NCBI GenBank assembly: GCA_963733195.1
Contig: CAVTCR010000059.1
Span: 64,001 to 128,000 of the forward strand
Direction: 5' to 3'
From: an uncultured delta proteobacterium
GTDB taxonomy: Bacteria; Desulfobacterota; Binatia; Bin18
Length of the DNA stretch: 64,000 bases
Part shown: piece after piece, positions 46,038-56,188 of the stretch
Position numbering within the stretch: position 1 is the stretch's first letter
How the letters are laid out: the number at the start of each line of letters is the position of its first letter
Made by a program: the position numbers and the translations under genes
Notes under the pieces: generated by a model
What the model saw: only the letters and a program-made list of their open reading frames with translations
Told to the model about the DNA's origin: nothing
Database searches by the model: none

Positions 46038-47146
46038 CACTCACGGGGTATGCCACATTGGAAGGAACCGCTGCCTATCGGCAACGGTTCGCTCGCACGT
46101 GCGCGGCAGGTCATTTTCGTTCCTCTGCTGACCTTTGGCTCTCCTCTATCGGTCTGGGCACCTATTTAGGTGATGCAGACCAGCAAACTGACGCTCTCTA
46201 CACAGCCGCGATCACTCGCGCTGTGGAAATGGGATGTAACGTTCTTGATACTGCGATTAACTATCGCCACCAGCGCAGCGAGCGTGTTATCGGCCAGGCT
46301 CTTGCCACATGCACTCATGACGGACAGATTACACGTGACGCAATCGTCGTTGCCACCAAAGGCGGCTACATCGCTTTTGACGAAACTGTCCCTTCCGACC
46401 CACGCGCGTACGTGCACTCAAAGTTTATCGCCACAGGCTTAGCCACCGCTAGTGATATTGTCGATTGGAACTGTGTCGCCCCTCGCTATATTGATGCACA
46501 GGTTGAACAAAGCCTCAGCAATCTTGGGTTAGAAAGTATCGATATTTATTATCTCCATAATCCCGAAGCCCAATTGCAAAAGCGCACCCGATCAGATTTC
46601 TACAAACAACTCGAAGAAACATTCACGGTCCTCGAAGGGAAAGTCGCTGCCGGAAAAATTCGCCGCTACGGAACCGCGACGTGGAATGGCTATCGTCAAG
46701 CTCCGACGGCGCGCGACGTACTGTTTCTTAGTGATTTGATTGAAATTGCTGAACGTGTCGGGGACAAACAACATCATTTCAAAGTCGTGCAACTCCCCTA
46801 TAATCTTGCCATGATGGAGGCACTTACGCAGCGGAACCAACAGAACGGCAAAGCGACAGTGAGCTTTTTAGAAGCCGCGCACGACGCCGGTATCACGGTG
46901 ATGGCAAGTGCATCGATTATGCAAGGACGACTCTCTCATCAGTTGCCTGCCGCTATTGGCGATGCCCTGGGTGGGCTTCATTCTGATGCCCAGCGAGCCA
47001 TTCAGTTCACTCGTTCAACTCCTGGGATCACGACGGCCTTAGTTGGGATGAAATCAATTGCTCATGTTGAGCATAATCTGGAACTGATAAAGGTTTCACC
47101 TGCATCGTTTGATCAGTTTCAAAAACTGTTTCATGATCGTACTTAA
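46034..47146 (+). CDS. Aldo/keto reductase
   Basis: SIGLGTY, DTAINY, TKGG, DIYYLHNPE, QLPYN. Confidence 0.9.
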   Translation: MTLTGYATLEGTAAYRQRFARTCAAGHFRSSADLWLSSIGLGTYLGDADQQTDALYTAAITRAVEMGCNVLDTAINYRHQRSERVIGQALATCTHDGQITRDAIVVATKGGYIAFDETVPSDPRAYVHSKFIATGLATASDIVDWNCVAPRYIDAQVEQSLSNLGLESIDIYYLHNPEAQLQKRTRSDFYKQLEETFTVLEGKVAAGKIRRYGTATWNGYRQAPTARDVLFLSDLIEIAERVGDKQHHFKVVQLPYNLAMMEALTQRNQQNGKATVSFLEAAHDAGITVMASASIMQGRLSHQLPAAIGDALGGLHSDAQRAIQFTRSTPGITTALVGMKSIAHVEHNLELIKVSPASFDQFQKLFHDRT

Positions 47147-47303
47147 CCCTTAACAACGCGCTAGCGAGGCCAAGTTGAAGAGGGTACGGATCTAGGGTGC
47201 CCTTCTCACCACCTTCTGATTTTTGTTTCGATTGGTATCCTAATACTTGATTAGTATCCTGATAAGGGTAAATTCTTCGTAGATTTTAGGAAAGGATGCA
47301 CCT

Positions 47304-49050
47304 ATGCCAACCCCCCTGGAGCGATGGGTCGAGGAATGTGCCCAACTCACCCGTCCAAAGAATGTTCACTGGTGTGACGGCTCTGAAGCTGAATACCAAC
47401 ACTTAATTAAGGAAATGCTTGCGAGTGGAACCCTAATGGAACTCAATCAGAAAGAGTATCCTGGTTGCTACTTGCATCGCAGCGACCCCAGCGATGTTGC
47501 GCGGACAGAACATCTGACCTTTGTTTGTACGAGTCAAAAAGAGACCGCCGGACCGAATAACAACTGGATGCCACCAGCGGAAGCGAAAGAGAAAATCGGC
47601 GCGTTATTCTCGGGCGCGATGAAAGATCGCACCATGTATGTGGTTCCCTATATCATGGGGCCGGTGAATTCTCCCTATAGTCAGGTCGGTGTAGAACTCA
47701 CTGACAGTCCATACGTGGCAGTCAGCATGCGAACGATGACGCGGATGGGCAAGGCCGCCTCTGATCGGCTGGGTGCTTCAGACAAGTACGTGCGTGGACT
47801 TCACTCAATCGGCGATTTGAATCCTGAACGACGCTTCATCCTCCATTTTCCTGAAGAACGGTTGCTGTGGTCTATTGGTTCCGGCTACGGCGGGAATGCG
47901 CTGCTCGGCAAGAAGTGCCACGCCCTCCGCCTTGGGAGTTACATGGCACGCGAAGAGGGATGGTTAGCCGAACATATGCTCATTCTCGGTATCGAGGACC
48001 CGAGTGGTCGGACCACCTATATTTCTGCGGCGTTTCCGAGTGCGTGCGGCAAAACTAACCTGGCCATGCTTGTGCCCCCGGCGAGTCAGAAAGGCTACAA
48101 AGTGTGGACGGTTGGAGAAGACATCGCGTGGATGCAACCTGGGCCGGATGGACGGTTATGGGCTATTAACCCAGAGGCTGGCTTCTTTGGCGTCGCTCCT
48201 GGAACGAACCGCAAAACCAATCCGAATGTGATGGAGACTATTCGCAAGAATACCATCTTCACTAACGTTGCCCTCACCCCGCATGGAACTCCGTACTGGG
48301 AAGGGATGGATGGCCCTCCACCGCATGAAGCGATCGACTGGCAAGGAAAGCCATGGACGCCAGACAGTACCACGAAAGCGGCACATCCGAATTCACGCTT
48401 CACGACTCCTGCTCGGCAGTGTCCAGCGATGTCACCGGAATGGGAAAACCCTAATGGCGTACCAATTTCAGCGATCCTGTTTGGTGGTCGCCGTGCGAGC
48501 TTAGTGCCGCTCGTCTACCAGTCGTTTAACTGGCAGCATGGTGTCTTTCTGGGTGCGACCATGGCCTCTGAAACAACCGCCGCGGCTACTGGTGCGGTTG
48601 GTGTTGTGCGCAGAGATCCGATGGCGATGCTTCCATTCTGTGGCTACAACATGGGCGATTATTTCGCCCACTGGCTGCGCGTAGGGAAAAGTTTGAAAAA
48701 TCCGCCGCTGATTTTCCGGGTAAACTGGTTCCGTATGAGTCCAGAAGGAAAGTATCTGTGGCCAGGATTTTGGCGAGAACCTTCGCGTCTTGCGCTGGGT
48801 GCTGAACCGAGTACATGAAGAAGTTGGCGCAGCCGAGACTCCGATTGGCTATCTCCCCCATCCTTCTGGTATCGATGTCACCGGGCTCGACGTTACCCCG
48901 GAGATTTTACGGGACCTTCTTGGAGTAGATCGCAAAGGCTGGGCTGAAGCAGTGGGCGGCCAGAAAGAGTACTTTGGCAAGTATGGAGATCGGATGCCCA
49001 ATGAACTCTGGCAGGAATGTGAAGCGTTAGAGAAACGACTGCAGGCTTAG
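47304..49050 (+). CDS. pckG: Phosphoenolpyruvate carboxykinase (GTP); frameshift near 48770
   Basis: [47 protein letters not shown]. Confidence 0.96.
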
Positions 49051-49052
49051 GC

Positions 49053-49158
49053 CAATGAAGAATGATGAATGAAGGGTTCGACGAGTCAGAAGAATTCAAA
49101 ACTGCCCTGTTTTAACTCTCGATTCTTCGACTTCTTAACTCTTAATTCTTAATCATTC
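49053..49158. repeat. Inverted heptamer array
   Basis: aatgaagaatgatgaatgaag ... ttcttaactcttaattcttaatcatt. Confidence 0.6.
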
Positions 49159-49160
49159 CC

Positions 49161-49787
49161 ATGGCTATCCGTATCACCAAAGTATATACCCGCACCGGCG
49201 ACAAAGGCTTCACCAAGCTGGTAGGTGGCAAGAAGGTCGCCAAAGATGCTACGCGCATCGAATCCTACGGTACTATTGATGAATTAAACTCAGTCTTTGG
49301 TCTTGCTCGCGTGTTTAACGACGAATTGAAAGACCGACTGCCAGCAGCCAAACGACTCGATGAGATTTTTCGCCGTTTACAAAACGAACTGTTTGATCTA
49401 GGCAGTGAACTCGCCACTCCGGCGGATTTCTCTTACGAAGGCATGTTTCGTGTTGGCGACGGGGAAGTCAAAGCACTCGAACAACTCATCGATGAATTGC
49501 AGAAAGATCTTACTCCCCTCAATTCGTTCATCTTACCCGGTGGGGGGAAAGTCAGCGGATTTCTTCACCAAGCTCGCACTGTCTGTCGTCGTGCCGAACG
49601 TGAGATTTTGCGATTGTCACGTGAAGAAGAGATCAGCGAGTGGCCGCTCAAGTATGTCAACCGTCTCAGCGATCTGTTGTTCGTTCTCTCACGCTGGGTG
49701 AGTAAAAACCTCAGCGAGCCCGAATACCTATGGGAACGTGGCTTGCGAGGACACGATCGAAGGAAAAACGCGAAACGTGATGCGTAA
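49161..49787 (+). CDS. ATP:cob(I)alamin adenosyltransferase (PduO type)
   Basis: VYTRTGDKG, YGTIDELNS, FILPGG, RTVCRRAER, YVNRLSD. Confidence 0.95.
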   Translation: MAIRITKVYTRTGDKGFTKLVGGKKVAKDATRIESYGTIDELNSVFGLARVFNDELKDRLPAAKRLDEIFRRLQNELFDLGSELATPADFSYEGMFRVGDGEVKALEQLIDELQKDLTPLNSFILPGGGKVSGFLHQARTVCRRAEREILRLSREEEISEWPLKYVNRLSDLLFVLSRWVSKNLSEPEYLWERGLRGHDRRKNAKRDA

Positions 49788-49848
49788 TACATGACATGCA
49801 CCACGCGACACGTTCCACGCACTACGCATTACGCAACAGGAGTTCCCA

Positions 49849-50532
49849 ATGGCCGATCCAACCCTCTATTTCAAACAAATCCAAATCGGACCAATGCAGA
49901 ATTTTGCCTATTTGATTGGTGATTCCACAACACGTGAGGCTCTTGTCGTTGATGCCGCCTGGGATATTCCGGCCATCGTGCGGATTGCTGAACAAGATGG
50001 TTACACGATCAACAAAGCGCTCGTGACTCATTATCACCAAGATCATTTAGGCGGCGATTTTCAGAGCTATAAGATTCCAGGGGCTGCTGAATTACTAGAA
50101 AGGGTCAAAGCCAAAGTCTACGTTAACAAAGCTGAAGCGCCGTTTTTGAATCGTATCGCCGGACTATCAGCCTCTGACATCATGCAAGTCGATGGTGGAG
50201 ACACAACCAACGTTGGGAACATTAAGGTCACTTTCATTCACACCCCTGGTCACACCCCCGGGTCGCAATGTTTCCTCGTTGAGAACTGCCTGATTGCCGG
50301 TGACACACTGTTCATTGGCTCCTGTGGGCGCGTTGATTTACCTGGGAGCAATCCCGAAGACATGTACTACAGCCTGCAAACACTCTCAAAACTAGCAGAT
50401 GAAACCATCCTGTATCCCGGCCACAACTACGCCGGACAACCTTCGGATACCATCGCTCAACAACGACGCCACAATATGTACCTGCATCTGAGCACAAAGA
50501 CGTTGCAGGAATTCATGTCAGTGATGGGCTAA
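49849..50532 (+). CDS. Metallo-beta-lactamase fold hydrolase (glyoxalase II-like)
   Basis: THYHQDH, HTPGHTPG, GDTLF, YPGH. Confidence 0.93.
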   Translation: MADPTLYFKQIQIGPMQNFAYLIGDSTTREALVVDAAWDIPAIVRIAEQDGYTINKALVTHYHQDHLGGDFQSYKIPGAAELLERVKAKVYVNKAEAPFLNRIAGLSASDIMQVDGGDTTNVGNIKVTFIHTPGHTPGSQCFLVENCLIAGDTLFIGSCGRVDLPGSNPEDMYYSLQTLSKLADETILYPGHNYAGQPSDTIAQQRRHNMYLHLSTKTLQEFMSVMG

Positions 50533-50563
50533 CCCCTTTTGACTCCGGACGCGAGGCACGAAA

Positions 50564-50632
50564 CTCTAGACTGTCGAGCAACCCCTTAGCCTCTTTGAGG
50601 TCTACGGTATCAAACTCCTCTGTAAACCAATG
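50564..50632 (-). pseudogene. Second orphan 3' tail of a cyclase-STAND-TPR gene
   Basis: Translates HWFTEEFDTVDLKEAKGLLDSLE, antisense between two plus-strand genes. Confidence 0.8.
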
Positions 50633-50669
50633 AAAAAATGGATCAATGAACAAATGAGGAAATAGACCT

Positions 50670-51158
50670 ATGCAAGACCTGACCTCGATGGGCCAATCAG
50701 TCGGTGCGTTGCTAAAAGAGAAGAAGCATACGATTGCCGTTGCTGAGTCTTCTGCTGGTGGATTGATTTCTGCTGCATTGCTCTCGGTTCCTGGAGCGTC
50801 AGCGTATTTTCTTGCCGGAGGCGTGATCTATACACACGATGCGCGACGTGTATTACTCTCTGTTCCAGACGACGCACTGACTGGCCTCCGGGCTAGTACT
50901 GAAGAATACGCGCTGCGATTAGCCCGAGCTGTACGAGAGCGACTCGGAACGACCTGGGGGCTCAGTGAGACTGGTGCGACTGGACCGACTGGCAACCGTT
51001 ACGGTGACGCGGCAGGGCACGCGTGTGTTGCTGTAGTAGGACCGATCGAACAAACGTTGACGATCGAAACGCGCCATGGCAACCGCGAGTTGAACATGTG
51101 GTCGTTTACCCAGACGGCATTAGAGTTGTTGGAGAGCTGTATCAGGAAAAGTGCATAA
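50670..51158 (+). CDS. CinA C-terminal / PncC-like protein
   Basis: IAVAESSAGGLI, PGASAYF, ETGATGP. Confidence 0.9.
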   Translation: MQDLTSMGQSVGALLKEKKHTIAVAESSAGGLISAALLSVPGASAYFLAGGVIYTHDARRVLLSVPDDALTGLRASTEEYALRLARAVRERLGTTWGLSETGATGPTGNRYGDAAGHACVAVVGPIEQTLTIETRHGNRELNMWSFTQTALELLESCIRKSA

Positions 51159-51170
51159 AGCAGGAGGAAT

Positions 51171-51671
51171 ATGATGACTACGCGTTGCGTTCTCCCGTTC
51201 GTTTTCGCTGTCGGACTGATGATGTTCGTTCCAGCTACGGCATTGTCTCAAATCTCATTTGGCGTCGGTGGCGAGAATGTTGAGTCCGAAAGCTCCATGA
51301 TACCGTTCAAAATCGAACTTAAAGGCATTCTCAACGGGTTACACGAAGACAAGATCTTGGGCGTCGTAACATTCGAAATCAGTGCCTATCAAGGGAACTA
51401 CGATTTTGATGTCACAGAGGCAAAAGCGCTTGATGACGCACGAATCACGTCCTATTCAATCTTGCAAAAATATAAGAATGGTAAACGGAACATTACCTTG
51501 AGTGGCCCAGAGCATATGCTCTCGAAGATTGGTCAAGCAGCTCCAGGAACCCCACTCACCATTACTGGATTTCTGCGACAACGTTCGGGAAATCTCCAAT
51601 TAATCAGGGTAGAGGCGCCAATCGCAGGAAGTGAAGAAAAAACGCCTGCGGAACAATCCGCCGCCCAATAG
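51171..51671 (+). CDS. Secreted hypothetical protein
   Basis: SD AGGAGG and signal-peptide-like N-terminus. Confidence 0.7.
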   Translation: MMTTRCVLPFVFAVGLMMFVPATALSQISFGVGGENVESESSMIPFKIELKGILNGLHEDKILGVVTFEISAYQGNYDFDVTEAKALDDARITSYSILQKYKNGKRNITLSGPEHMLSKIGQAAPGTPLTITGFLRQRSGNLQLIRVEAPIAGSEEKTPAEQSAAQ

Positions 51672-51697
51672 TCCTTGCCTCTCGCGCTGCTCACTGG

Positions 51698-52477
51698 CTA
51701 CAAATCAATAGGCAGTTCCAGATAGTCGCGGTAAATGAAATCGCGATGTGCGAACAGAATCGGCTTGGCCGCGGCTTGGATGACCGGATCAGTGTTGGTG
51801 TACATCTTACGAAAAGGAGCTGGCATCGGACATTGTTCGTGTGGTAAAGGCTGAATGAGCGCGGCAAATGTTGATGAGTAGATATCCAACGCAGACAGCT
51901 GATTGCCGATATAAAACTTGCTCCCCTTTGTCTGCTGTTGTTCGAGTCGCGCCACGAGGAACCGTACGATGTCGGCGCATCGTGTGGCTGCTCCTTCAGC
52001 TTCCGGCGTATTGTACCCGTACTTGTCTCCGATGTACTGAGAAAAGGCACGGCTTTTCTCGTCAATCTTCGGATTCGACAGCGTGGGATGCACTAACATC
52101 AATCGCTTCGACCACCCAAACCCATGTTCACCACACAGTTCGTTACAGTATCCGAACATCAACGTGCGGTCTTCGATATTCGCAGGAATCAACGACGGGG
52201 TTGGTTGTAGACGTTCAGCGAGGAACAGTTGTTCGATCCAGGTCGAACGTGGTGGGTCCTCGTTCCAGGCAAATACTGGAGCAGTCGCTTGTGCCGTCCA
52301 TTCGATGAGAGGACGATTCTCGCCACCAATATCTTGACGGACACGGACATACGGAATCTTCTTCACGTACAGAATGCCCTTTGCTGCTTCGCTCCAGGGG
52401 CCTGGAACCCCTGGCGAAAGAACGACGCGGAGCCCAGACAGTTTTCGTGCCTCTTCAACACTGAGATATTCCGCCAT
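51698..52477 (-). CDS. Glutathione S-transferase-like protein
   Basis: PGPWSEAAKG, TAP, C-terminal FYIGNQLSALDIY. Confidence 0.75.
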   Translation of the reverse strand: MAEYLSVEEARKLSGLRVVLSPGVPGPWSEAAKGILYVKKIPYVRVRQDIGGENRPLIEWTAQATAPVFAWNEDPPRSTWIEQLFLAERLQPTPSLIPANIEDRTLMFGYCNELCGEHGFGWSKRLMLVHPTLSNPKIDEKSRAFSQYIGDKYGYNTPEAEGAATRCADIVRFLVARLEQQQTKGSKFYIGNQLSALDIYSSTFAALIQPLPHEQCPMPAPFRKMYTNTDPVIQAAAKPILFAHRDFIYRDYLELPIDL

Positions 52478-52494
52478 ATTTGTCTTCCTTCCTG

Positions 52495-53064
52495 TTATCG
52501 CATCCCTTCCTGACCACTGCCTGGAGAGTAGTTGTACAACACGGTAATCGTCCGTTCCTTAAAGTACCACTGCCCACCTTCTTTGACCAGGGAATCATCG
52601 TAACGACCAGTGATCATCTGAATCTGCCCAGTGGCGTCCTTTGATTCGGAGTCGAAATAGGTTGAGGTGGTTGCCGTCTTACCGTTGACTGTGATGAGCG
52701 GCTCGAAGAGTTTATGCCGCATGTATTGGTATTGATTGGGGCGCTGCTGAAAGAAACGTGCATACCAGGAATGGATCGTGTCTCGTCCATTATGTTTTTG
52801 GCCGTTCTCAAACGACACAGAGAAATTCGCCTGACGATGAAATAACGAACTGAGCTCACTAAGATTGCCGCTGTCAAGCGCGAAACAGTAGCGACTGAGA
52901 ACCCCACGCACGGCTTCATAGTCATCAACGGCCGGTGATGCAGAGGTCACTTTTCGTGTAGGAGCGCTACGCCGAGTCTGCAGTAGACGCCGTGCAGGTT
53001 TCTTGGTTGAGGTCGCCCGTTTTACTGCGATTTTCACTTTTCTTGCCAGTCGTTGGGTTGCCAT
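52495..53064 (-). CDS. NTF2/SnoaL-like protein with basic N-terminal extension
   Basis: DYEAVR..LSRYCFALD, GRYDDSLVKEGGQWYFKER; K/R/A/T-rich N-terminus. Confidence 0.85.
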   Translation of the reverse strand: MATQRLARKVKIAVKRATSTKKPARRLLQTRRSAPTRKVTSASPAVDDYEAVRGVLSRYCFALDSGNLSELSSLFHRQANFSVSFENGQKHNGRDTIHSWYARFFQQRPNQYQYMRHKLFEPLITVNGKTATTSTYFDSESKDATGQIQMITGRYDDSLVKEGGQWYFKERTITVLYNYSPGSGQEGMR

Positions 53065-53236
53065 TCCGGTGTTCTCCTCTATAGTTGACGGTCCCGGGTG
53101 GTGTTTGACAGCGCAAAAGCGATTCTCAACTGGTAGTGAGGCGTTGTCAAGTAAAGCTACAATAGAAAACATAATAGTTATTTAATGGAGGATCAGGGAA
53201 TCTTTCCTGAGTTTTCTGGACCATAAGGCTACGTTT

Positions 53237-54649
53237 ATGAGACTGCCGTCACGAACAGGGCTCCGCGAAATTCTTCACCTCGCGCTGCCGATTATCGCAT
53301 CGATGGCATCGGCGACTCTCGCGAGCTTTGTCGATACATGGATCATCGCCTTAATTGGGACCGATGAGGTGGCCGCGGGTATGCCCGCGAGTGTGATGTC
53401 ATATACACTGACGGCGCTGCCACTCGGGATTGCGCAGTGTGTTAGTACGTTTACCGCGCAGGCGTTCGGTCGTGGAAGCCCGCAGGAAGGAGCGGCGTAT
53501 ACGTGGCAAGGGCTCTATTTGAGCCTCATTGTAGGGATTTGCTGCTTTGCCCTGTGGCCAGTGGCACCGCTGTTCTTTTCGCAGTTTGGCCACGAACCAG
53601 AAATCGTTGCTCTCGAAGTGGCTTATTTCCAGGTACGACTATGGGGCATTGGCCTCGGTGTTGCGGTTGGAGCGCTCAACGGCTTTTTCTATGGCTTGCA
53701 TCGCCCTGCGGTGCCATTGGTGGCGATGATTGCGGACAACATTGCCAACGTTGTGTTGTGTTACCTGCTTGTGTTCGGCAAGTTTGGCCTCCCGGCTCTG
53801 GGTTTTGTGGGTGCTGCCTGGGCGCTTGTACTGTCGTTTGTCGTGCAGTTTGCCATCTTACTCGGGGCTTTCCTCTCGACTGCGTGTCACACCGAGTTCG
53901 CGACCCGTAGTACCTGGCGGTTGTCTTGGTTACGATTCCGCCAATTGGTACGGATCGGCTGGCCTGCTGGGATGCAGCAAGCGCTCGATGTGCTGAGCTG
54001 GGGTGTGTTGATTATTCTGATGGTCGGTCGCTTTGGCCGCGAACAACTGGCGGCGAGTAACATTGCTATTCAGTACACAATGATCGCGTTTTTGCCCGGT
54101 ATTGGTCTCGGCCAGGCGTTGACCGCTCTAGTGGGGAAGTATCTCGGCGAAAAGAATATCGGCGTTGCCGTACAGCGGGTCTACGAAGGACTCTTTCTCG
54201 CGATGACCTACATGACGTTCATGGGGCTACTGTATTTCCTGTTTCCGGCGGCGTTATTGTCGGTGTTTACCAGTGACCCGGCGGTGATTCATGCTGGTGG
54301 AACAATTTTCCTGTGCGTCGCGTTCTTTCAATTGTTCGACGCGATGAATGTGACGTTTGCTGGGGCGTTGCGTGGCGCTGGAGATACACACGGAGTGGCG
54401 TGGATTACCGTGGCACTTTTGCTGACGGTCTTTGCGCCACTGAGCTTGGCTGCAGTGGCTTATACGAACCTGGAATCGCTCGGTCCGTGGTTGGCTGGAA
54501 CGATTTATACAGTCTTGCTCGGGCTCTCGTTATGGCGGCGATTTGCGCGCGGGAAATGGCAAGAGATTGATATTTTTGCTGCAGGGCGCAGCAAAAATAG
54601 TGAAGAATTAAAAATAAATAGTGAAGAATTACCGATCGTGAATTCTTAA
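53237..54649 (+). CDS. MATE family efflux transporter
   Basis: LALPI, PALGFVGAAWA, IGWPAG, GALRGAGDT; many TMs. Confidence 0.93.
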   Translation: MRLPSRTGLREILHLALPIIASMASATLASFVDTWIIALIGTDEVAAGMPASVMSYTLTALPLGIAQCVSTFTAQAFGRGSPQEGAAYTWQGLYLSLIVGICCFALWPVAPLFFSQFGHEPEIVALEVAYFQVRLWGIGLGVAVGALNGFFYGLHRPAVPLVAMIADNIANVVLCYLLVFGKFGLPALGFVGAAWALVLSFVVQFAILLGAFLSTACHTEFATRSTWRLSWLRFRQLVRIGWPAGMQQALDVLSWGVLIILMVGRFGREQLAASNIAIQYTMIAFLPGIGLGQALTALVGKYLGEKNIGVAVQRVYEGLFLAMTYMTFMGLLYFLFPAALLSVFTSDPAVIHAGGTIFLCVAFFQLFDAMNVTFAGALRGAGDTHGVAWITVALLLTVFAPLSLAAVAYTNLESLGPWLAGTIYTVLLGLSLWRRFARGKWQEIDIFAAGRSKNSEELKINSEELPIVNS

Positions 54650-54662
54650 TTCTTCATTTTTT
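54594..54662. repeat. AT-rich inverted heptamer array overlapping the MATE stop
   Basis: aaatagtgaagaatt x2 ... aattcttaattcttcatttt. Confidence 0.65.
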
Positions 54663-54664
54663 CT

Positions 54665-55666
54665 CTACGCTGCGGCATTTTGCACCGGCTCTGGGGCTCG
54701 GATGCCGAGTGTTGCTAGCCGGTCGATGGTGCGAGGGTTCAATAAACCGACCCGAGTCATGTTGCTCCACAATGCGGCATGGAAGTCTTTCTTAAAAAAT
54801 TTGCGAAAGAATTCGTATTCGTTCTTCTTTGCGACCTCGTGACGCAGTGTACGAATATCTTCAACCTCGGCTTTACTGAAACCGACCGCCTCATAGGCTT
54901 CGCGGGGAAATTGTCCGCCCAAAAGCCCGGCTGCAGCGTCGCATGCAAAGTCTTCGACTTCTTGACGTTCGCGCTCGGAAAGCTCGGCGATTTGATCGGG
55001 GAGACTGAGCATCCCGAACCCCATATGGCGGGACTCATCAGACAGAATGCGTTTGCAAATCTGGCTGATCAGTGGATCTTGGCTATGCTGTTCCAGCATG
55101 CGAAAGAGTGAAACCGCGAGGGTCTCGGCGACGAGCTGGGTGCCAACGGTTTTCAGATACCATTGCGGCATTTCCAAAATTCGGTCAAACAAATTTCGCA
55201 GACTAGAGGTGAGAGGGTAGGTCACGCCTACTTTATCAAGCAAATAGCGAGTCAGTACTTCAGAGTGGCGCGCTTCATCTACTACTTGAGTGGCCATGAA
55301 AAATTTGGCGTCGATGGTTGGAACCGAATTCACCAATTGGCTGCACACAAGCATGGCGAATTCTTCGCCATACATGAGCTGGCTGATGCGCCAGGCTGAG
55401 AACTGACGGTTCATCTCAACCCGTTCCTTTGGCGTCATTTTGTTCCAATACTTTGTGCCGTAGATATCCACCAAGCCATCGGGGAGAATGCCAACCTCAG
55501 GATTCACTTCCTGCGACCAGTTTACATCAACCGAAGCATTCCACTGATCGCGCTTGGCCTTTTCATACAGACTGCGCATGTCTGGCTCTTGTACAGCGAC
55601 ATCTTGGGTGAACACTGCGTCAACCGACGCGGTGATAGTGTGACTATTAGGCGACAAAGTGGGCAT
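54665..55666 (-). CDS. Ferritin-like diiron protein (AurF-like)
   Basis: LYEKAKRDQW, GEE, DEARH, E, DESRH diiron ligands. Confidence 0.85.
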   Translation of the reverse strand: MPTLSPNSHTITASVDAVFTQDVAVQEPDMRSLYEKAKRDQWNASVDVNWSQEVNPEVGILPDGLVDIYGTKYWNKMTPKERVEMNRQFSAWRISQLMYGEEFAMLVCSQLVNSVPTIDAKFFMATQVVDEARHSEVLTRYLLDKVGVTYPLTSSLRNLFDRILEMPQWYLKTVGTQLVAETLAVSLFRMLEQHSQDPLISQICKRILSDESRHMGFGMLSLPDQIAELSERERQEVEDFACDAAAGLLGGQFPREAYEAVGFSKAEVEDIRTLRHEVAKKNEYEFFRKFFKKDFHAALWSNMTRVGLLNPRTIDRLATLGIRAPEPVQNAAA

Positions 55667-55865
55667 GATGGCTCCTGGGTTGATGTTCGAGTTTCACTAT
55701 TGAACTAGCCGGTCTCTACCACTATCCAAGCGTTGTTTCTCTGTCAAGTCAAACAACATGAGAGTAGCGGTGCAGTTTGCTTTTCGTTCAAAGCGAGAGA
55801 TAATCGCGCGTAGCGGACTGAGATTTCCCTTGCAATTTGAGCAAGGTAAGAAGCGAGAGGTGTTT

Positions 55866-56117
55866 ATGAACGCGTTTTCTCTACGCACAATTGTCTTGCT
55901 TTTTTCTGCAGTGGTGTCTCTTTTATCTCTCGGTTGTGAAAGGCAGGATGCGCTCCGCACAGGGGGTGGATGCCTTCGATCGGACCAGCGAGGTCCAGAA
56001 TGTCCTCAGTAATCAAGCCGAGCGACTATGGATGCCATGACCAGAGAGCAGCAAATGGAGCAGGTGGCCGAAGCACTCAATCGCCAGAAACAGAAGGACT
56101 CTTTCTCGACTCCTTGA
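55866..56117 (+). CDS. Small putative lipoprotein; frameshifted
   Basis: SD GAGGT, hydrophobic leader with LSLG-C lipobox. Confidence 0.5.
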
Positions 56118-56188
56118 ATCCTCCAGCGGTAAATAGAGTGAAATTCGCTTACCTGTACGGTACTTCACCTTGCGATTTCGCTGACTGG

